A DNA stretch of 64,000 nucleotides from Anaerolineae bacterium (GTDB taxonomy: Bacteria > Chloroflexota > Anaerolineae > J102): NCBI GenBank assembly GCA_026991225.1, contig JALXCB010000112.1:1917-65916 (forward strand). Direction: 5' to 3'. Made by a program: the position numbers and the translations under genes. The first letter of the stretch is position 1. Each line of letters opens with the position of its first letter. This document shows positions 59,586 to 64,000 of this stretch, one piece after another. Under the pieces are notes generated by a model, which searched no databases, was not told the DNA's origin, and saw nothing but the letters and a program-made list of their open reading frames with translations.

Positions 59586-60659
59586 ATGCGATTCTTCTCC
59601 CTCATTCTCATCGGCTTGGGTTCTGTGCACCAGGCCTTCGCCCAACTGCTTCTGGACAAGCGTGATGTGCTGGCCCGACGCTACGATCTCGCCTTTCGCG
59701 TGGTCGGTGCGGCGGACAGCCGCGGCGCGGTCGTCCAGGATGACGGCCTGGATCTGGCCGCTCTGCTCGCGCACAAAGCCGCGGGCCAGAGCGTGACTAC
59801 GTTCCCTGGCGGCAATCCTTTGCCCGACGCGCGCACCCTGGCCCAAACCGCGGCCTACGACCTGTTGCTGGAGGCTTCGCCCGTGAATCTGACCGACGGC
59901 GAGCCCGCGCTGAGCTGCGTGCGGGCCGCGTTGCGGCGGGGCAAAGCCGCCGTGCTGGCCAACAAAGCCCCTCTCGCGCTCGATTTCACCGGGCTGCACG
60001 CCCTGGCCGAGGCGCATGGGGCAGGACTGGCCTTCAGCGCCACCGTCTGCGGCGGGCTGCCTGTCATCAATGTGGGGCGGCGCGACCTGGTGGCCGCGGA
60101 CATCCACCGCGTCGAAGGCATCTTCAATTCCACCAGCAACTACATCCTCACCCGCATGGCCGCGGGCGAAAGCTATGAGGAGGCGCTGGCCGAGGCCCAG
60201 CGTCGCGGTCTGGCCGAGACCGACCCCAGCCTGGATGTGGATGGCTGGGACACGGCCAACAAGCTGGTCATCATCGCCAATGCGATATTGGGCCTGTCCA
60301 TCCGCCTGGAGAATGTGCGCGTGAGGGGCATCCGCGGGGTGACGAAAGCGCAGATCGACCGCGCCAGGACTGAGGGGCAGATGGTGAGGCTCATCGCCAC
60401 CGCGGAGAAATCGGAATCTGGATGGCGTTTGGACGTGCGCCCGCAAAGCGTTCCCATGAACAGCTTTCTGGGCGGCGTCGACCTGTGGGAGATGGGCGTC
60501 GTGTTCCATACCGACATCTTCGAGGACATCTATTTGAAGATCGATGAGCGCGGGCCGATGGCGACGGCTGCCGCCATGCTGCGCGATGCGGTCCATCTTG
60601 GGTGCGTCCCAACTTTTTGGCAAGACCTCCGGGAGGTGGCGTCAAACGCTTCATTTTGA
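59586..60659 (+). CDS. homoserine dehydrogenase-family protein
   Basis: ATG 59586 (MRFFSLILIGLGSVHQAF). FSATVCGGLPVIN, IEGIFNSTSNYILTRM and ETDPSLDVDGWDTANKLVIIAN are homoserine-DH catalytic-domain motifs. The 3' end overlaps a REP pair. Confidence 0.8.
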   Translation: MRFFSLILIGLGSVHQAFAQLLLDKRDVLARRYDLAFRVVGAADSRGAVVQDDGLDLAALLAHKAAGQSVTTFPGGNPLPDARTLAQTAAYDLLLEASPVNLTDGEPALSCVRAALRRGKAAVLANKAPLALDFTGLHALAEAHGAGLAFSATVCGGLPVINVGRRDLVAADIHRVEGIFNSTSNYILTRMAAGESYEEALAEAQRRGLAETDPSLDVDGWDTANKLVIIANAILGLSIRLENVRVRGIRGVTKAQIDRARTEGQMVRLIATAEKSESGWRLDVRPQSVPMNSFLGGVDLWEMGVVFHTDIFEDIYLKIDERGPMATAAAMLRDAVHLGCVPTFWQDLREVASNASF

Positions 60660-60688
60660 CCCAAACCCTGTTGCCACCTCCCGGAGGT
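60625..60688. repeat. REPIN-like inverted REP pair
   Basis: ACCTCCGGGAGGT (60625-60637) and ACCTCCCGGAGGT (60676-60688) are exact reverse complements, the same 13-mers as in the 48231 array. Confidence 0.85.
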
Positions 60689-60814
60689 CGTCTACGGCGC
60701 CAATTTTCTGGGACGCACCCGTCCATCTTGTCTCGTTTGCATCGCGTCATGAGTGATGATAGGATTTCCTAAGCTCCCTCAACGCTCCATTCACCCTGTT
60801 CGTAAGGTCTGGAT

Positions 60815-62269
60815 ATGAAATCGACATCGCCCATCACGCCTCCAAACCGGCCCACGCCTGTGGATCGGATCGGATTTCGATTCCAGCGATTTACGCATAT
60901 CGAGGGCGTCAGCGGCATCCTGTTGGTGGGGGCGACTCTGCTCGCGCTGGCCTGGGCCAATTCTCCCTGGGCAGACGCCTATTTCCATCTCCTCAATCTC
61001 CATTTCAATGTGGGCGTTCCCGGCGGCATAACCATCGATGAGCCGTTAGAATTATGGATCAATGACGCGCTGATGGCGATTTTCTTCTTTGTGGTGGGGT
61101 TAGAGCTGAAACGGGAGGTGGCCATAGGGGAGCTTTCTTCCTTTCGCAAAGCCATCCTCCCGGCGATGGCGGCCATCGGGGGCATGGTGATCCCCGTGCT
61201 CATCTTCTGGGGGCTCAATCGAGGGAATCCCGCAGCGTTGGAGGGGTGGGCGATCCCGATGGCGACGGATATCGCCTTCGCCATCGGCGTGCTGGCCCTG
61301 GCGGGGAAACGCGCGCCGTTGTCTCTGGCTGTCTTCCTGACGGCGCTGGCCATCGTCGATGACATCGGCGCCATCCTCATTATCGCCACGGTCTATACAG
61401 AAGCGATCGATTTTAGGATGTTGGCGGCGGCCCTGGGGATCGTCTTGTTTCTGTTGCTGTACGCCCGTATGGGGGGACGCAGCCTCATTATTTACTTCAT
61501 TCTGGGCGGCGTCACCTGGTTCGCGGTCTTTCAGTCGGGCATTCACGCCACTATCGCTGGCGTGCTGGTGGCTCTGACGATTCCTGTGCGAACGAAGATC
61601 GACGCCAGGGACTTCAGCGATTGGATGCGGAAGCTGTTGGACTGGTTCGACAGTGAAAGCGAGGAGAACGGCAAATGCGTGCCTACGTCGGTGCAGCGCA
61701 CCGCGCTCTTCGAGATGAATCGGGCCATCGAACATGCGGATTCGCCTCTCCATCGCCTGGAGCACGTTCTGCATCCGTGGGTGGCGTTTTTGATTATGCC
61801 TGTCTTTGCTTTGGCCAATGCCGGCATCACCATCAATACAAAGTTGCTGGGCGCGCTGATGACGCCGCTGGCGCTGGGCATCATCCTTGGGTTGGTGGTG
61901 GGCAAACCCCTTGGCATCTTTTTTGCCACCTGGCTGGGGGCCAAGCTCAAGCTCGGTTCGCTGCCCAAAGGGGTGACATGGCGGCATATCCTGGGCGCAG
62001 GCGTGCTGGCTGGCATGGGCTTCACCATGTCCATTTTCATCACGACGCTGGCGTTCGGCGCGGGCGGACATGCCGAGTTGTTCGGTTTTCGATTGGCCAG
62101 CCCGGCGATTCTGGCCACCGCCAGCGCCGAGGAGATCACCGATCTGGCCAAACTCGCCATTCTTGTCGCCTCGACGATGGCGGGGGTGGCGGGCTACCTC
62201 ATTTTGCGCACGGCTCCTGAAAGTGCGGTGGAGACGCCCAAAGTGATTCTGCCAGCACATAAAGAATAG
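60815..62269 (+). CDS. nhaA: Na+/H+ antiporter NhaA
   Basis: LWINDALMAIFFFVVGLELKRE, ATDIAFA and IVDDIGAI motifs. ~12 TM helices. 484 aa. Confidence 0.92.
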   Translation: MKSTSPITPPNRPTPVDRIGFRFQRFTHIEGVSGILLVGATLLALAWANSPWADAYFHLLNLHFNVGVPGGITIDEPLELWINDALMAIFFFVVGLELKREVAIGELSSFRKAILPAMAAIGGMVIPVLIFWGLNRGNPAALEGWAIPMATDIAFAIGVLALAGKRAPLSLAVFLTALAIVDDIGAILIIATVYTEAIDFRMLAAALGIVLFLLLYARMGGRSLIIYFILGGVTWFAVFQSGIHATIAGVLVALTIPVRTKIDARDFSDWMRKLLDWFDSESEENGKCVPTSVQRTALFEMNRAIEHADSPLHRLEHVLHPWVAFLIMPVFALANAGITINTKLLGALMTPLALGIILGLVVGKPLGIFFATWLGAKLKLGSLPKGVTWRHILGAGVLAGMGFTMSIFITTLAFGAGGHAELFGFRLASPAILATASAEEITDLAKLAILVASTMAGVAGYLILRTAPESAVETPKVILPAHKE

Positions 62270-62331
62270 CTGGGGGCGGGGGGGCATCGGTTTCGCACTC
62301 GTTGCCCGTTCTGTTGGGACGGTGTACAATG

Positions 62332-62475
62332 GTAACTGCTAACGTAGCCCTGTTCACTCGACACGGATACGAGGAAACACGGATAAAATCTTTTTTGAAT
62401 GACTTCGCGCCTTTGTTTCCTTCGTGTCTTCGTGGCAAAAGAGGGGCGATTGGGGCCAACCACCTTAGCAGTTAC
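62332..62475. mobile_element. MITE, type 1, with 8-bp TSD GTACAATG
   Basis: GTAACTGCTAACG...CCTTAGCAGTTAC. GTACAATG occurs at 62324-62331 and 62476-62483. Confidence 0.88.
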
Positions 62476-62515
62476 GTACAATGGCAGAAGACACTCATTC
62501 ATTCGAGTTGTTGTT

Positions 62516-63157
62516 ATGAAAAATCGTCCTCTGTTTTTCCTCTTCGTTGGGATGCTGTTGGGCTTGTGGATTATCCTCTGGCCGACCGATATCCAGGCCC
62601 AAACGCCCGCCACGGAAACCGAACTCGTCATCGATGAGGGTATGGCGAGCGAGGCGGGCCCGCCCTGCCAACAGCTCATTCAGAATCCCGATTTCGATCA
62701 CGGGTACGACGGCTGGACACAGAATCTCTATCTTACCGCCCGCTACAAAGACGAAACGGGGCAGGAGCACGAAGGGGCCTGGTTTGGCGGCGCCGAATAT
62801 GTGGACCAGTATCTCTATCAGGATGTCACCATCCCGGCGGGCAGCTCCTCGGCCCGGCTGAGCTTCCTGTGGGTCTTCGATCCGGGAGAGGGCATCGGGC
62901 CGGGCGAGGCGCTCACCATCACCCTACGCCGGACAGATGGCGCCGTTCTGGCGACATTGATCACCCTGGACCAGACCAGCACGCCCCGGCGCTGGCAATC
63001 TGCGAACTTCGATCTCAGCCCCTACATCGGCCAGACGGTTCGGTTTTACGCACGGGCGACGACCAACGCCTCCGTCACCTCCTGGTATCTCGATCAGATT
63101 CAAATCTTCAATTGCGGATTGGATTACCAGACCTACCTGCCCATGTTCCGAAAATAG
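62516..63157 (+). CDS. secreted hypothetical protein
   Basis: ATG 62516 gives MKNRPLFFLFVGMLLGLWIILWPTDIQA (signal peptide). 213 aa. Tail ..DYQTYLPMFRK. The track's 62399 start lies inside the MITE. Confidence 0.65.
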   Translation: MKNRPLFFLFVGMLLGLWIILWPTDIQAQTPATETELVIDEGMASEAGPPCQQLIQNPDFDHGYDGWTQNLYLTARYKDETGQEHEGAWFGGAEYVDQYLYQDVTIPAGSSSARLSFLWVFDPGEGIGPGEALTITLRRTDGAVLATLITLDQTSTPRRWQSANFDLSPYIGQTVRFYARATTNASVTSWYLDQIQIFNCGLDYQTYLPMFRK

Positions 63158-63440
63158 GATGAGGGAACGCAGATGACGCAGATCGAGATTGAAACAGATG
63201 AACGCAGATAAAAAGAAACGCTCATATGGAGAAGCCGACACAGAAACGTCATTCCGAGGGAGCGTAGCGACCGAGGAATCTAGCGAAGCGCAAAAATCAC
63301 GGCATGGCGCTCGCTTCGCTCCCCCCGGTCGCTCAGCATGACGTAATCAAAGTGTTGTGAATTCCAATATGAGCGAAAAGAAAAATCTGCGCTGATCTGT
63401 GTTGCGAAGCATCTGCGATCTCTGCGTTCTCAATTTCATC
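63158..63440. repeat. 'GCAGATG' word-repeat module, inverted copy with an internal insert
   Basis: GGATGAGGGAACGCAGATGACGCAGATCGAGATTGAAACAGATGAACGCAGATAAAAAG ... GCGTTGCGAAGCATC.. is the reverse complement of the 46585 and 50710 copies. Confidence 0.7.
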
Positions 63441-63472
63441 CGTAACGGCGCGGGCTTGCCCGCCGTCGGATC

Positions 63473-64000
63473 TTATTGTCGAGATATCGCCCGGCGGAAG
63501 GCGGCGATATTCTCCGCGATGCTGGCCTGGGCGTTGAAGATGGCCGAGCCAGCCACGATGATATTCGCTCCGGCCTCCACCACCTCCCGCACGTTATCCG
63601 GTTTGATCCCGCCATCCACCTCGATATCCACGTGGCGCAACCCGCGGGCGTTGAGCTGACGCCGCAGCCGGGCGATCTTCTCGGTGCTGGTGGGAATGTA
63701 GCTCTGCCCACCAAAGCCGGGATTCACTGACATGACCAGGATTTGATCCACGTAAGGCATGATTTCCTCCAGCGTGACCAGCGGGGTGGCGGGGTTCAGG
63801 GTCACGCCGGGCTTCGCACCCAGTTCGCGTATCTGCTGCACCGTGCGATGCAGGTGCGGGCAGGTCTCCACGTGCACGGTGAGGATGTCCGCGCCCGCCT
63901 GGGCGAACGCAGGGAGCAAGCGCTCCGGTTGTTCGATCATCAGGTGCACGTCCAACGTTAGATCGAGTTCGTCGGCGATGGGGCGCAGGGCCCGAACGAC
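63473..64000 (-). CDS. rpe: ribulose-phosphate 3-epimerase (5' end outside window)
   Basis: The frame is open to the window edge (..VVRALRPIADELDLTLDVHLMIEQPE...). Motifs MSVNPGFGGQ, EVDGGI and VAGSAIF. Confidence 0.9.
   Translation of the reverse strand, partial: VVRALRPIADELDLTLDVHLMIEQPERLLPAFAQAGADILTVHVETCPHLHRTVQQIRELGAKPGVTLNPATPLVTLEEIMPYVDQILVMSVNPGFGGQSYIPTSTEKIARLRRQLNARGLRHVDIEVDGGIKPDNVREVVEAGANIIVAGSAIFNAQASIAENIAAFRRAISRQ

Overview
High-GC (roughly 60-65% by eye) bacterial chromosomal segment. Coding strand is called from strong GC3 bias; most long antisense ORFs in the track are GC artefacts. The Thr/Pro-rich linkers and secreted-protein tails weakly suggest Chloroflexota (inference only).

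Gene content:
- Locus A (274-13919, + strand): polysaccharide/glycan locus with a complete GDP-D-glycero-alpha-D-manno-heptose pathway (fused GmhA-HddC, HddA, GmhB), two priming sugar transferases, a GT4, an epimerase, a GH-A hydrolase and a Wzz/BY-kinase.
- RiPP-like cassette (14182-18605): nucleotidyltransferase, S26-like peptidase, HprK-like kinase, PqqD, radical SAM/SPASM, and a translationally coupled 61-aa ORF. It is followed by a secreted C25 peptidase, a beta-helix-like secreted protein and a second nucleotidyltransferase+PqqD pair (to 24856). This is my best candidate for an undescribed system.
- Low-GC integrated island (28201-32448): starts at a tRNA-Lys 3' fragment and carries an amber-interrupted nuclease, an Abi_C-like gene, an integrase, vapBC and a MITE-disrupted IS630 transposase fragment.
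- MoaD-like / 3-methyladenine glycosylase / membrane subtilase operon (32449-35748, - strand).
- Locus B (36856-44585, - strand): GT4, GT2, DegT aminotransferase, WbqC, sulfotransferase, Wzx, GT4.
- Housekeeping genes: pepF, beta-CASP RNase, map, selB, hbd, a PdtaS/PdtaR-like two-component pair, tRNA-Pro, a homoserine dehydrogenase-like gene, nhaA, rpe.

Intergenic DNA is saturated with mosaic repeats:
- a ~145-155 bp MITE family with GTAACTGCTAACG termini and perfect 8-bp target-site duplications;
- REP palindromes, including a 4.2 x 136-bp array next to a RAYT transposase gene;
- several hairpin 'word' repeat families that supply the stop codons of several genes.
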